From the NCBI GenBank assembly GCA_976226885.1, contig OZ320313.1, positions 70,804,001 to 70,868,000 of the forward strand: 64,000 nt of DNA. The letters are read 5' to 3'. Source of the DNA: Iphione sp. A-MEVVRFRX5 (lineage: Eukaryota). Within the stretch, counting starts at the first letter, position 1, and each line of letters opens with the position of its first letter. Position numbers and translations under genes: made by a program. Under the pieces are notes generated by a model. That model ran no database searches and had not been told where the DNA came from. It saw only the letters and a program-made list of their open reading frames with translations. Positions 1 through 15,239 of this stretch are shown piece by piece.

Positions 1-2493
1 AAGATTTTGCATACTGAGTGTATGGATATTGGGTCTTGATGGATACTTTTGGAGCATTACTTCTACTGAATGTCAAATCCATGCACTGAGTGTATTATAT
101 TTCCAGACAAATGTGTCTGATCGTCAGGCCTTGAGAGGTGTTCGGTGATTGCTGACTGTTTCTTGATGATGTCAGTAATATATTCTGTGACTAAATCATT
201 GCTGAGAACGTGACTTGGAAGATTCTATATAAAATTAGAGAGCTTTGAATAAACACTTCAATATAACTGGAACATTACACATATATACAGTGTACATGCA
301 TAGGGATTTGGTTCATAAAATGGCACACATCCAGATCAATGTACACAGAAGACATCTACATGTATTACTGTATTTGATAAACACCCAATAAGATACAGGA
401 AAATGAGGGAGCAACTTTCACGTGGAAGAATTATAAAGTACATCTGCAAATTTTACTGCATTGAACGTTGTACGATATGCACCGTCGTGATTTTTGTTCG
501 GAGGCTACGGTCAACAGTGAAACGACTTCCTAATAATTTAAATATAACTCATTTCCAGAGACAATTTACATGTGTATTACTCCATTCCAACTTGCCTGTT
601 GCGTAAGACAGACCTCACTATGGAACGGCGATTGATAAATCGATTTTGTCTCCTACTCTCCGCTTAAGTCAGCATCTAATTAGACTGTGTCACTGCCAAA
701 TAAAACACCTAAGCATGACTTGGAGAGGATTCGAACCGGATGGTATGTTGCTCCATCGATCAGAAAGGTCAAAGTGGTCATTATTACACGGGCATCGATT
801 TGGGCTATAAGGTACCTTTTGGTTTTTAAACCTATCTGCCGGACTAGACTTAGAAAAAACACAATAATTATACATGTGTAGGCCTATCAAAATTTCTTTA
901 GCAACTCGACGTTAAACAATGACCCAGGTTCTTGTCGTGATGTTACTATTGTGCTATCATACTTACAGCTGCTCTGCTAATCATCACTGCTATGGATGAT
1001 AATATTCTGCCACCTCCTTGACCTGTAGTTTTGTGCTCACTGATGACTCCATACTGTTACGCATGTAATAAGCTCATACGGAAGTTATCGGAGGTCCGAT
1101 TCCGAATTAGACAGGAGCGTATTCAAGACTGCCTAAAATCACCGTGCCCTGCATGTGCACATGTATTTGCTACGAAATTTACCGGTGAGGCACCAGTCCA
1201 CGTTACTGTTATTTCTTCCCACTGTTTAAGACAATGCACACGTTACCTGGACTAGGGAACTATACCATCAAATCATACAGAGTCGTGTAGTGTATTGCGT
1301 TTCCGTACCCAGCCTTATCTTCAGGGGTAATCTGGAGAAGGGGCAATGCTTTATGCTATTTGTTTTGCGTCAAACTTGCCCATAACAGTTCTATTCTTCA
1401 ATATGCCTTACTGCATTCAAGGGTGCATTCTTTTACGTCGTCGCATATATGAAATTTGTATCTTTGTATCCCTCTTATCTAGGGCAACCCCTACTACAGA
1501 CATAAGGGCTACTATCTTTAGTTCTTTTCTACAAACTTTTCGCCTACTGTGGGCACCCCCTGCTGTGGACACAATGGTTGTAGTCCCCTCCCCTCGTGTG
1601 TCCCCAGTAGAGAGGTTCCGCTGTATTTTATTCTTGCTTTCTTGTGATTTGCCGCCAGATTATGCGATCTTGAAAGATGCCATATATCTTCCTGTCCGAA
1701 TAGTGATTACCCCCCACCATTTGAATATGAACTTTAGCTTAGTTCCTACTGAACCGCGTAATAAACGAAATTTCAAGGCTGTCAACGTTCACAGTGTCAT
1801 GCCTCGAATGTTCCTGTCCAGATGCATAAGTATGGGGAATATCTCTGTGATATATCCTTGTTTATATTCTTTTTATGATATACTTACTTCATTCTCTTTT
1901 AAACCAATGCCTGTGCTGACATGACGTTCTACAATTAGCGAGGTGGTTGCCAAGGCTAATTACTATCGCTAATTGCTGTGATATGCGTCTATTCGCCTCC
2001 TTCAGTCGGAGATGAGGTAATATTCATGCGACTTGTCGGAACGTGATTCCTAGATAACAAATAAACAGCTCGTCCTTCTTAGAAGACATAAAAGGAGATG
2101 TAATATTTAATTTTAGTTTATAGGCTAACAGACATCCACGTTATGCATTCTGTCTGATTTGATGGAACAAACTGTAAATCTAGCTGTACATACCTACGTA
2201 AAGAGGGAGGAATTAACCTGTAGATAAAATTTTACAAGGTTCTGAAAGCGGACAGTTGTTAACGATATTACTTAGAGCCAGAACTTGTTATTAGAACAAG
2301 TGATACCACACATAAAAATGCTACTTTCTTGAATATACCAGGCAAAGCTTCTTCATTTTGATGTTAGATGTGTTATCATGACAATGCTATGACATTGTAT
2401 TTTTATTAGGCTGCATTTAACACCTCCATAAAGACAGTATGCAATACATGTATAGGAGGAGAATTAAGGGATGAATTTATCTGAAGTACCGAT

Positions 2494-2517
2494 CCCTCCC
2501 TCTCTCTCTCTCTCTCG

Positions 2518-2584
<67 letters not shown>

Positions 2585-2590
2585 TCTTTC
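2494..2590. repeat. (CT)n microsatellite
   Basis: About 45 CT units with few interruptions. Confidence 0.97.
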
Positions 2591-5500
2591 CTGTCCTGTC
2601 TTGTTCATCTTTCTTAGTTCTGCCTTTTGTCTGCCTTGTCTCTTCATATTTCTACCCATCCTTGAATACATGTATATCTGATCCACTGACTTCCAGCTCC
2701 GTCTCCATATCCCAAGCTCCGGTCTCCTCTTCTATATGCTGTTCGTTGTACGGGACAAGTCTGATCACAAATCAGGAATATTGAAGCGCTAGGCCCCGCC
2801 CTGGTCATATCTAATTTGACTAATGCCAACGGCAGGGTGCGGACGGCTTGCCGTGCTTCACTCCTTGAGCTCTAAGCAGGCTTCAGCTAGCCATATCCCC
2901 GCCTGCGATCGGCGGTAATAGTACATAACACCAACACCAATTGAGTCGAACGGGCCCACTGCGAGCCGCTGCTGCAGCGCCGTCCAATCTATTAGAGTAA
3001 CCCTCGGAGACACAGTCAATATAATTGGGCGCCAACCGAAGTGGATCAAATCAGAGTCGTCCGACGTAGAGACCGCGGCCGACATCGGCCACGACGGCGC
3101 TATGTGAATAGCCTTAACCCGGCTTTCCCCACCACGTCTAGCTCAGCTGAACATTCGAGCAAGCTCTGGTCCCTTTCATTTGTACTGTATTATGAGCAGC
3201 TCACTCCTACTGGGAGATACACGTCTCTCCAGGGTCGACCGGAATACATTGCCGTCGCCATGTTGTTGCTCCAGCCACAGCCGATGATACATCCGCCGTT
3301 ACCACCATAAGAACATGCCCTTCTGAATGATTGGCAGTTCAAAGGACCACAGGGAAATGACAGATGCAAAGCATATTCTAGCAGGAGATGAGCAAGGGGG
3401 CACATCCAGAGAACAAAAGGGAGGTGTATCAACTAACGCCCTATTCAGAGGGAAAATGTAAAATTAAATATCACACTAAACAGGAAGGGGTTACAACGGA
3501 AAAACTGGCTACACTTTGGGCCGGATGGGGAGTAAGTAGGAAGCCCGAATCCATTTACCGTCTCCCTGGCTTCAAATCCAGATGTGTTAATTAAGGGAAA
3601 ATTAATCTTGTCCCGATGGCATCTTTTGAATCAAGAAACTGATGGGTTTGGGTTTGTTAGCGGACTGACTGACGTGACACAATAGAGCTAGTTTTTTCCC
3701 TGTCATGGATGTGAGCTGTCGTTTGAATGGACCCAATAGATGAATGGCAATGATGATTGGAAAGCTAACATTTCCCTCTCTCTTCTTATCCCCTTTGAGT
3801 GCAGGGATTATTTCATACTCAGGGAATCTCTCGTAGAATCATGGGCCTCTGGCTTTAATCGCTCCGTAACCGAATCGATTATCGTTCAGTTTCAGTCTGA
3901 AGGGTTTCTAGTGTACACCCGTTGTTGCGGTGCTAATAGGCATCTTGCAACAGTCAAAAAAACCTTTGATTAAATCCACTCAACGGACAACTTCCATTGA
4001 AGACTGCGTCGGTTGAGAAAGAGTAAACATATATCATTTTTATGATCAAGTAAATTTTTATGACTTAATATAAATTCAAAGTTATCAAACCTCTCAGTGA
4101 AATCATAAGCTTCTGCTGTGTTCTGTCGTTGGGCTCCAAATTTCTGACTGGTATATAACAGTAAATAATAATGCATTACGATAAAATGAGTGCAATTGCA
4201 GCACAATAATGAATACAAGTACTTAAAGGTGACATAGGTATGCCTGTTAGATGTTTGTGGAAGCCATTTCGATGTATTTTTCTATTTATACGAAGACTTT
4301 TAGTTCAGAGTGTCATCATCCAAACCGGAAATACATTTTCTATAAAACACATGTGTACTGTGTCGTTAGACCTGCGTGGTACACTAAAAGTAAGTAAACA
4401 TGCCATTTTCCAGTCTAAGTAGCTACGAAATCGATCAGAAACACTTCATAAAGGTATGTTCCTATAGAATTTATGTATAAATATGCAAGGGATGAAGACA
4501 GTACCACACTTAGTGTCTGTGGCTTTGTGCATTACAGCAAAAACTCATGCCAAGCGATATACAATGTCTTTTTGCAAACATGTTTGACCAAATGTATCCA
4601 TTATATTCTATCGAATGAGTTACTATCCTTGCTAGCATGAAATGTTTTGGACCTAGAGCCTGTGTGAGTCACAGCCAATTTTTACCGATGGCCCCGATAT
4701 GAATTTATCGCCAGAACCTGCCTGGCACAGTTACAAAACTGGCTCTTTATAGTACACATGATGCACACATGATAATTCAGGTACATATCCAGTCTGATTT
4801 AACTACAAGCTGCACGCCAGACTATCCAGTTGGTTATTTAGTAACTTGGCATTTTAGAGATAGATATTGACGTCTGTTTATCGGCATAGCCAATCGGATA
4901 TAGCGATGAAATCTCCATTGATATACATGTATGATGATCCTCAAAGTTATCTAATGACTACTTACCACAATAAATACTGCAACAGACAGAGCTGACCACA
5001 CACAAACTGAAATCGAATATAACGTGAACGACAACCTTTAGGAGTTGATGGTCATGGCATTAAACCGAAACACTATGCGTTCGGTGTTTCGTATTCAGGA
5101 GCGGATTCCCTAGTTCGGCCTGTCTCTGGTGTTGCCATAACGACCTGATGTGTCACTTGGAAATGATTTCGAGCTGCCGGATGAATTAAAAATAAATATT
5201 TTCAAAACTTTATTACACATTTCGGCAATTATCCACGCGGAAAATAGCAAGTTCTAGGTGCTACTACCCGTTGCTACAATTAACAGTCAATTGAAAAGGC
5301 AGGTCACGGAGGAAAAAAGTGCCGTGTCCCTCTAGTCCTAAATAAATGTACAATTGATGTTTAGAAATCAAAATATTACATTGTTCCTATTGACAACATG
5401 TATTCGGTCTCCCTTTTTACCAAATATATTTCAATATCATTGTCATTTAACTTCTTTATTATTGGGGGACTTCAAGCATGTTTTCATCGCGAACGTGCCG

Positions 5501-6894
5501 TAAGTTTTTTTTAAATAAAAAGACTGTCGAAATACATATGCACATAATTCTGTTAACCTGCCAAAGACGTGCTGCCAGAGCGCCTGCTTTAAATTAGTTA
5601 CCATGCGTAATCCGACCGTCGATCAGTCCTGTTGCTCAACCCCGATCACCGTAAACCCCTTTTAGACTTTCATGGCGCTGATGTTCTCTTCGATATAATA
5701 GGATTCAGCGGCGTGAAGGAGTTGGCCTGGCTTGGATAAGGGAGACGAGAACGGGCACGACGAGTGCGCCTGCAACAGTTGGAGACTATGAAGGTGCTTG
5801 TTGACGCTAGGTCTTCATGAATCATAACGTCCAGCCCTGCATAAAACCCATTTCTCACAGGTCGTTAGTAGGAAATGTTCCCGCCAAGTTGGACCGGCAG
5901 GCTCGGGCCTGGATGCTGACAGGAGACGAAGAGGCATAGGTTGACCGAGGCAGAGGAAGTGGCGTTGGATTTGACTGGTGGTTCCAGCAGAGCCTTCGTT
6001 AGCGGGCCGACCAGAAAATGACAATGGCTTGCGAACCGCAATGGCTGCTACGTTTACCCTTTAACACCCACAGTAAGAATGTCAAGGCCATGTTGCAACG
6101 GCCCAGTGGTACTCATAAGCTGGCGCGTGTTGCGGCAGTCACGAAAAAACTATGCCAAATTGCATGCGGTCAATATGTCTGTCCGTAAATAGGGTGCTAG
6201 TTTGCAAGGTAGTCAGGCCAAATGAACCAGAGGAACTGTTTACCTTGCTTATTACTAAGAGTAGGATGCAATGTGCAGCAAATGGGTGCCAAGCGCTGGT
6301 CATTCCCAATGGGTCACAAAAACTTTAAAGTACATGTTCTCACAGTTACCTCCCATCGCCGTCATTCATCCAAACGTACATATGTACATGTAGTATGTAA
6401 GCTATGTAAGGTAGTATCGACAAGGTAGAAACTATCCAAACTGTATGTACATGCAATATACAATAGATCTGTGTTTGTCGATAATTAATTTGAGCTATAT
6501 TGAATAAATCACCAGCGGACTCTCCCGTGTCTGCTCCCAAGATCTACCCTAGACGCCATGACATTAGCGATGTGTATACGTGCGATTTCTTTCAATTACA
6601 GTTCACCTTTATTCAGTTTTAACTGATGTATATGAACTGAGATAGACGAACCCAGCCGAGATCGCTAACAGCGATTGTCTCCGATTTAATTATTTTTCAT
6701 AATAGCATTGTGATAAACTTTGATATATGTTGGAATCTTCGAAAGAAACACGTTGTACACATACAAAATGTGATCCCATGTCGAATACATAGATTCCAGC
6801 ACAAAAGCAATATTCTCTGATTCATACAACTGATGCATTTATAAACATAATGTAGGGAAATGTATTCTCGATCTCCCTTCCGTATTCAGAGCCT

Positions 6895-6970
6895 TATTGT
6901 CAGCAATGAAGGGTAAGACCATATGCGTATGTATTGGACTTCGCAACCACTTTCATAATGTGAACGAACA
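6895..6970 (+). pseudogene. Possible non-LTR RT relic
   Basis: AMKGKTICV followed, after a frameshift, by VLDFATTF resembles the xDxGKxVxAVFLDFAKAFD region of RT; very degraded. Confidence 0.25.
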
Positions 6971-9151
6971 TTATTCAATAATAAATTCTGATCATTTCTT
7001 AAATGAGTTCTTTATTGTGCCATTCTCGTATAATTTTTCCATACATTTGATTTGAACATCTCTCTTTTTCCTCTATTTTCGCTTTTCTCTTTCGAAATCA
7101 CTCTACATCCCTGTTTCCATTAACTTGACCGACCCTGATTTTTGTGCACATTGAACATTATTATTGTATTGTCTTGTGAATACATTCAGAATGGATACTG
7201 CTACAGACTCATTTTGTGCCAGACATCATCAGCTTCATGTGATGTAGGTTTCATGACCCAAGCAGTAACAGTGATAATTCCATGACTGTAAAGAACTGTC
7301 CAACATTTTTTCTGGAAAATTCCTATTGCAAAAACAATAAAACCACCGACCAAGCCACCCTATACTTTACCAGTGTAGTAGTGGAAACAGCTACATTTTT
7401 TAGGTCTTAGAAATTGACTAGTAGTATAGGGAGGGCCCTGAATGTGACGTTCACTTACCGGAAGCCGGTGGTTGAGCACACACTAGCTGTAAATCGTACA
7501 GAGAGTGAGGTAGCATGTCACCTGTACTAAAGAGAGGTATTTATCGTTTCATGACACCAGTGACAGGCAATGGCGCGATGTGCCCGGAAATCCCATCGCC
7601 CTTGACCGCGTGCTCTCAGTGCAGTCCGGCAGCGCCGTACTGACCTGAGCTGACCCCGGTACGGGCGCGTGCATGGATCCTCCAACAGAATGACAGCCAC
7701 CGTGGGCGTATATGTGCAGGCGGCGCGGCTAGGAATATTTTGTGGGGCCACGTTTTTGCGATGAGGGTAGTTTCGGTGTATGTCTGTGACTCGCCGTGGG
7801 CGTGTGTGCGTGTGTGCCTGCGCACGCACGTGTGCGTATGCGTGTTTAAGGTGTATGCACATGTACTGGTATTTGACTTTAGTGATATGTTAGTGGATTG
7901 TCATTTCTGGTGGGCTTCTAATCAAGGGAAAGTAGCCTTTGCCAGTTTGGAAATTCTTTCATCGTGTATTATTCCAATTGATGTGGGAAGGGCGACGTAT
8001 CGGGCCAACCGAACAAATCGTGTTAGGCTGTGTTGCCCAATACGGGAGTTTTCTCAATGTCCTCTCCCCTGCCATGAGAAGCTAGGCGATGACTCCTCCA
8101 GTATTGTGACAGTTCGGCTTTTGTGATTGCCAGAGAAAGTACTGAACGTCAGCCATTAGCAAGTGACAAATACTAGCAACGGCTCTGCTCCCCATATTGT
8201 TCAAACATGATGGCTGGGGAAAGGAAGGAAAACCGCCAGGTAATAGCACAAGTGTCTGATTTCGTAGAGAGGGATGTTCTTCGGGAGAGACAACCAGTCC
8301 ACCACTACACGTTAACAAAGGTCAGCTGAGCACTTGTCAACGGTTCTCTACGCTAAATAGGCAGGAGTATATCGCTGCTTACTGGAGGACATATTTGTAC
8401 AAGATAACATCAGCAACAAACTGTAAAACATACATTTTAATACATCTTATTGAATCTGGAGATCAATTTTATTACGTACATCTTCTCTTGGATGTAGGTG
8501 CAGAGAGGGTGACTATTTTGATAAGTTTGTCACTATTTAGTATGCGCAAATGAAGGAAGCAAACGTCTCTTGGGAAAGAAAACGTTACTGTAGGAACTGA
8601 ATATGTTTTATATTTCTCCTTAGTAAGTTATCAACAAGACACAGGACCATATACATTTTCCCATTAAAAATACAAGGTTTCGATATTATCATAGACACCC
8701 GTTTCCATTTTAGACGTTTTGACGAATACCGTATCATACTTTAGCAAGCTTGATAGATATATCCTGGTCATGTGGAATGAAAGATGGAGACCTAAGCAAC
8801 AATCTGAATATATGGAGGACTCTCTTCGTATATGTAATATAATGTGTGCATGGCCGGGAGAAATAACTCAATAAAGAATCCCAACTGGTCACGTCATTAC
8901 GTTGGTTGGTGCAGACGACTATTGGCACCGTCCTGTGATACAGGACAAGTATGGACAGTGGGGAAACATGCAGGATGATACGCTATATTATTTTTGTCTG
9001 AAGGAAGTATTTTTCTACTAATGGCTTGATAGTCATTTAATAAATGTAAGGACTGTTTACCCGAGGTCCTGATCAACACACATGAGATCAATGAAATTAA
9101 GTATCAAATGAGGTAAAAACATTATTTTTTAATCATGCTTTATTTGATATG

Positions 9152-9398
9152 ATTTTCAATAATAATAAATACAATATGAAGAACTTTGACCAATTCTCAT
9201 GAGTTTCACAGTTTTTGACTGAATTTCCATGGATTTTGTTGTTTTTCTACTCAATTTACCAAAAACATGTGCTGTGAAAACATGTATCTAAGGAAGTTCA
9301 GGCTTGGAAACTTTTTGGGATCAAAATATTTTTAGGTAGGGTAAGATTTTACTAGGTAGGGATGGATAACCAGACACATACCTATTTTGGGGGGAACC
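9152..9398. mobile_element. MITE of the same family, left end missing
   Basis: Aligns by eye to the right two-thirds of the 38420 and 46419 copies; the diverged right TIR is followed by TTA. Confidence 0.8.
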
Positions 9399-11877
9399 TT
9401 AGAGAACATTCAACATTCTTAACCTTTCCACTAAGGATACCAGGATCGATTCAAAAGCCCATACCGTTGACATCAAGGTTGCTCTTTCACATTATTGGAA
9501 TGTTTCAAGCTCGTTTCAGGTTCGGAGCTAATAAAGGTTGCTCAATTTTTTTTAAATCTGAAACGTGCATATTGTTTCAGCCTCCGGTCATGACCAACAA
9601 CCTAGCAATGCAATGATTTTCCATAACAAGATGGCATAACTGTCCAACGTTGAGTACCAAAGAATTATCCGATCAGATAATTTAAGTAATTATATATGAC
9701 AGGCGCTAATTTGACAATACTTTCCACCTCAGATTTTGTCATTTACGTTTCATAGACCATAATTATTCAAGACAGCTATGACAAGGTTTAAACAAGCTAA
9801 GAGCATTCCTGGCTGGTTATATATTCCAAAGTTACAGGTATATTTACTGGGTGCACATGGTTAATTCTTATAAAATTGTGGATACGGTGCTTACAACACT
9901 ATGATATTTTTAAGCGTGTCGGAAATTCAATCAACAAAGCTTCAGTTACACTCTTGGTAGTAGGTGCAGAATTCAGAAACATTCCCAGAATGCACTTCCA
10001 AGCAATGTAATAGACCTCTTCGAGAAACTATGTCACTGATGTTAAATTGTAAATTAATGTTTCACTTCATTTCATTGTAACTTTTACCAGGAACTCGATA
10101 TTCACCTATCATGGTAGGTGCTTTTCCATATCCTTCTGGAGTATCAGACTACCATCTATTATTGAGAATTGACAGACCAGAATACCCAGGGTTGCTGTCT
10201 ACTCCTATTTGAAATGGGTTTCTGAGGTCTTTTTATGCATGGGGACAGAATCCTATATACTCACAGCCTTTTTACGAGTTGTGGACCATTCTGGGTTTAA
10301 TGTACACACCTTCATCATAATAAACATGTGTATTTCCTAGTATTGCACATTGAAAATTTACAAGACAAAATATAGAACCACAACATGCACACGTGCGTAC
10401 ATCATATTACTTCTTTTTGTTACGGTTTTCTCTATACCTCCAATGAACTGGCGTATACATACGTACCATCACCAATCATTATAGGGTGTTTGTCGCCGTT
10501 GCCTACGGAAGCACATGGCTGGTACTGTACATTCTTATTGAATTGATCCGATGTAGTGTTGCTATACGCGGGAAGTAGGGCAATTGGCCAATTAGCTTTG
10601 TTTGGAGCCATGAGCAGCTTGTTCCTTCCCTTGGAAACCAGCGTGAACCAAAACCTCTTTATCAACATTTAATTGAGGGATCGTAGATTTGTATAATATA
10701 TCGGTAGGCTATCTGGAATTGTTGAGATGCAAAGAAGACAAGCTTCTGGTAGCTGGACGGGACATTTTAATCAGTGATAATTTGTATGCGGTCACATCTA
10801 TGATTTATCCAGTGTGTTCACTTCTACCATTTCAATTGTGTTTATATATACCTCATGAATTATATACAAATGTACTCATATTTAACATTAACAGTTAAAC
10901 ATGTAATATTGATAACCTTAAATAGCTTCAATCATGCCTCACTATGTGGATTCTCCCTGTTTCTTAGTGCTTCTTCCTAATAAATTAAAATTGAATATGA
11001 TTTCTATTGTTATTGTAGCAGAGACAATACCAACTTTGAAGAAGTAATTATGTCAAAAGCCTAAACTATTTCTACGACTGCTACTACCTTTCTGCTGTTC
11101 TTTATGTTCTTTCTCCACTGCCACGTGAAAAATGCAAGTGTGAAAGCTAGAAATTTCAGAAACGGTCGAGACATGCTCAGGTGCCTCCCAATACAGTATA
11201 TTTAGTGGTCGCTGGCTATGCTGCTACAAGCGGTCACCTCCCTACGCCTAGCACTGGTTGATTTCAAACTTAAATTGGGGGAAATCGGCCCACTCTGAGC
11301 AAAGTGGCCGGATTGCCCGCCTGCCGGTGTCAGCTATCAGTTGAGATACCACTCTACCTAACCCAACAGTATCAGAATGTCAATTGGAGAATTATCAATT
11401 CCACAGCAGCCCATAGAGGTCTCGGGTGACACTGTCTGCGTAGATTAAATATTTCCAGTTCATGTCGTGTTTTAAAATCAGAATGTGATGGTAAGTAGCC
11501 TGCTGACATCGCCTATATATACATATTAATAGGGGTACATACATACATACATATATATTACACTATTAAAATCAGTGTATTCTTTGAACAGGTCATTCTG
11601 TTTCAGGACTGATGCATAACTGATCATAACTGTAACTGTTAATGGAATGATGAAATATGTTCAACACATGTCCTTATAGTAATGCTTGAATCGCTGAGTA
11701 AAAGCGAACGTTAATCCTTAAATTCGGGCGTTGACGCACCTCCCTCTCTCTGCCTCTCTTACTGTGTGATTTGTTTTGACTAACCAAGTGAGGAATCAAA
11801 GCCTTGTCCCTCCTATCTTGTGTCCTTCCCTTTGGTATTTTCCTTCAGCTTGGTATGTTCTTGGTGCCTACCAATAC

Positions 11878-11899
11878 ATATATATATATATATATATAT
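11878..11899. repeat. (TA)n microsatellite
   Basis: Direct reading. Confidence 0.95.
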
Positions 11900-14800
11900 G
11901 TCTGCTACCTTCATTAGGCCGATAACTATCTGAGCGTGGTACCTGTTCTGGACCTCCTGTAACTTTCAATATTGGTATCTACTTCACCTGTGCCTCCTAT
12001 TACCTACAGTATTGCTATCTACCACCAAGTCTGCGTCTCCTGTAACGTTCAGTAGATGTGTTTGCTAGCTGTTCAATATTATTGTGTGGTTGTGTGTGCG
12101 TTCATGTGTGTGTGTGTGTGCTTTGTGTCAGTTCGTCAGGGGCTGTATGTGAAATCACTCTATCTTGGTAGGGATTACCTTGGCTGCATCTTGCTAATTT
12201 TGTATTTTTTGCATAAAGTCCATCACACATTTTACATCCAACACTTACAACTGAAGGATAGATAGAGACAAGAATTTCTTGAGTTAGTCTATTCATGCAC
12301 TCAAAACAGCCACTCAGTAGCTATTGTAAGATAAATTCAATCATTTATGTAGTCCTGTTACAGTCGTTGGGAGGCGTTGGGAATACGCACAAATTTCGGT
12401 TACTTTTATACGCCATCTTTTATTGCCTATGAACAAGTAATTGCATCCCATATTTTTCGACGGCACGTGGATCAGTCATTTTGATTTTTACGAGATGAAA
12501 TTAAAGGCTTTGGACCTTTTCAAGCAATATTTTACTGACGATAACTACATTTGCTACTCAAACCAATCTGAACTACCTAGACGTGTCTAGGCTGTACATT
12601 GTGCAGTTAAAGAAACCTTTAAAGGACAGCTGCGTCATACAATGCTGATGGTTCATATACATAAGCACAAGAGACATGATGTAACACCCATAGGTAAACG
12701 TTGCAAAGAAGCCGTTTGCTACTCGCCGATATCCTTTTTCAAGGGTACAGAGTTCTGTCAGTGGCATGCTCTTGACATGATCACTCAACCTTCACATATC
12801 GCTCCACCAACGGCTACTTAGATATCCGTTTTTTTCCCGTCGTTGTCAGCAACAGCAAGAGTTTTAGTTTTTAATCAACATTTCTATCATATATTGTCGA
12901 AACTCCAATACCTCATGTAAATAGTTTACCTTTCCAGTAATTCTTATCAACTTCATGTCCATATAATTGGATTCAGGTTAGTTACTGACGGTTTGTATCT
13001 GATCATCTGCTTGATAGATAACCAGAACTACAAGTAACTGCTACAGCTCACGCGTTACTTGACGAAAGGGTCTCGTTAGGTATACACACATTGAAATGCC
13101 CCTCAACTCTTATTCTGTAACAGCCGCTTTGTTTCAATAAATCCATGAACTTCCCAAATCTAACTTTAGAGCATGGCATGCTCATGCAAATGGTCCCTTT
13201 TATTTTTCTAAGAAAATGACCAGAACGTATACTTTGCCTACTCCAACCAATCTGCGAAATCCGGTCACCAATACCGCCAATAAACGACAGGCAAACATTA
13301 AGTCCGTTATTGCATGATCACCGATCTGCCTTGGTATATTTTCATTGGTTGGATTTCCCCCGTGTACTGTTGTAAAGCATGAGTCTAGTCCTATACAGCC
13401 AGTCGTCTCTCTGGCTTTCCACTCTTTCTCTGATCCCTACGTCAATAGCGTTTGCTTATGAAGGGTATAGGCAAGTTGGTGAAAGTACGCCTTCATGCGG
13501 TCGTGTTGTTTACAAAGAATACATTATACGGCATATTACACCAAACGGATTTGGCCTATTCTTTAGAGTATTGTTTTCCACATTAGTGCTGAAGTCTGCC
13601 TTGCTGCAGAACTTTAATATAAATCTGCTGTATCAACAAATATCCTGCTAGAGTATCAAGTTGTGTGGCAAAATCGTTGTTGTCTTAGTTACAAATGAAA
13701 GGAATCTCACCGAAAAGTTACCATGGTCTTCGCCTTGAGGCGCACATATGGCCTTATTTAAGTTCCACCAATAATCTGTGGCCACCTATTGTTTGACTGC
13801 GTGTTTTCATAGCATTCTAAGCTAAAAGTGCGTGACACAACTGCTTATGGTCACAAATCTAATTAGTAAATATCGACTATATATTTAGTAGTATCACCTG
13901 TAGCGGTAGCTGCAATCGTGAATATCTGGAAAACATTTCCATACAATTTCATCCATTAGGTTTTGCTGTTCTTTTCTGAAAATATATCATTGATAATACA
14001 GTTGCTAAGTTACAGAAAGGATATGTTCATTAAAAGGATCTCTTTCCGAAGTTTTGCCGGAATATAAGCAGTGAGGTCTAAGGTCTTTTAAAAAATATAT
14101 TTGGTTCTTTTTGTTTTATCAAAATGGACATTTCTCTCAGTATGTTTGATTGTGTATACTGCATCAGGATCTGTTTCGACTTTCCTATTTTAAAAAACGA
14201 CCTGTGCTTTGTAACCCGAGCAAAAGGTTGAGTAATTAGTCCGGTCAATGTAAAGTTCACCACCGAATTAGTAATGCAGGCTCTTCGAATAAGTGGAGGT
14301 AAACATGTAGTCAATATAGCCGTGGTACATAATAGGGCCAGATTAAATGATTACATGTACATGTAGTATTGGTCAAGAGACGAGGCCTTGTCTGTAATTT
14401 TACAGAGGCCTCATCTGTGCGTCTCACGAAAGTATTACAAGAAGGTTTAGAATGCAAGAGTTCACCTGACCAATATTTCGATGGTTTTTAAGTTCTTGCC
14501 TAAAGATAGGATCTCTACAAAGGTGACTGGGTCCGAACGTGGCTATAGATAAATTGACTGGTACACGCCACTGATTCCATCCTTGTTGGGGTTACCTGTA
14601 GCATCACATTGCCATTTAAGAGCAGAATTTCATATTGGACTATCATGCTATTTTTAACATGGACCTTAGGATAATTCACAGCTCTAAAACAAACAAATAG
14701 AGAAATGGTCTTAAATCAGCAGCCATACCGGGCCAGTTGTCCTAACCCGTGAAATAAAATCGACGAAACTTTACATTGCTCCATTCTTTTAAAACGCGGC

Positions 14801-15239
14801 AGATCCATAGAAACTGTATCCAAGTCAACACCTGATAAACTTAAAATTCCCGATAGCTGATTTGCAGATATGACTTCAACAGTGCTGTGTAACACCTTGG
14901 GTGAGGGCAAACATCATTTTTTTACAATGGCAGCAACGATACACATATTCATTATTTTCATCAGGTGCTTCGTCTTTTAATGGTATCTGCCTCATTAAGA
15001 TTTGATCGGTAGTTCTGTTTCTACACAGTAGATCCACTAGTCTCTAATATATTTAAGGTAACAAGTTTACTATCATTCCGACCAGAAATATTCACACGAC
15101 AGTGAAAATTGTTCACACAGGTGAATGCTTACCTAACAATACAATAAAACATAGAGTGTTTTGTAGAATCGATAACAAATTTAAACTATTATAATAAAGA
15201 CTTACAATTATAACATTAAATATACCATCCCATCTTCTA

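Noticed and set aside
60-224. Minus-strand open frame NLPSHVLSNDLVTEYITDIIKK... after an AG
   Set aside because: Could be an exon, but no family is recognised and the window edge prevents evaluation.
1346-1924. 192-aa ORF, the longest outside the Crypton
   Set aside because: Low-information Leu/Ile/Phe/Cys-rich translation, no motif and no codon bias; likely a chance ORF.
2477-2686. RE-repeat ORF
   Set aside because: Translation of the (CT)n microsatellite.
9897-9906. CACTATGATA resembles the start of the amphioxus ProtoRAG TIR as I recall it
   Set aside because: Only 10 nt match, the following sequence diverges, there is no partner TIR, and no RAG1/RAG2-like coding sequence is visible; compatible with chance.
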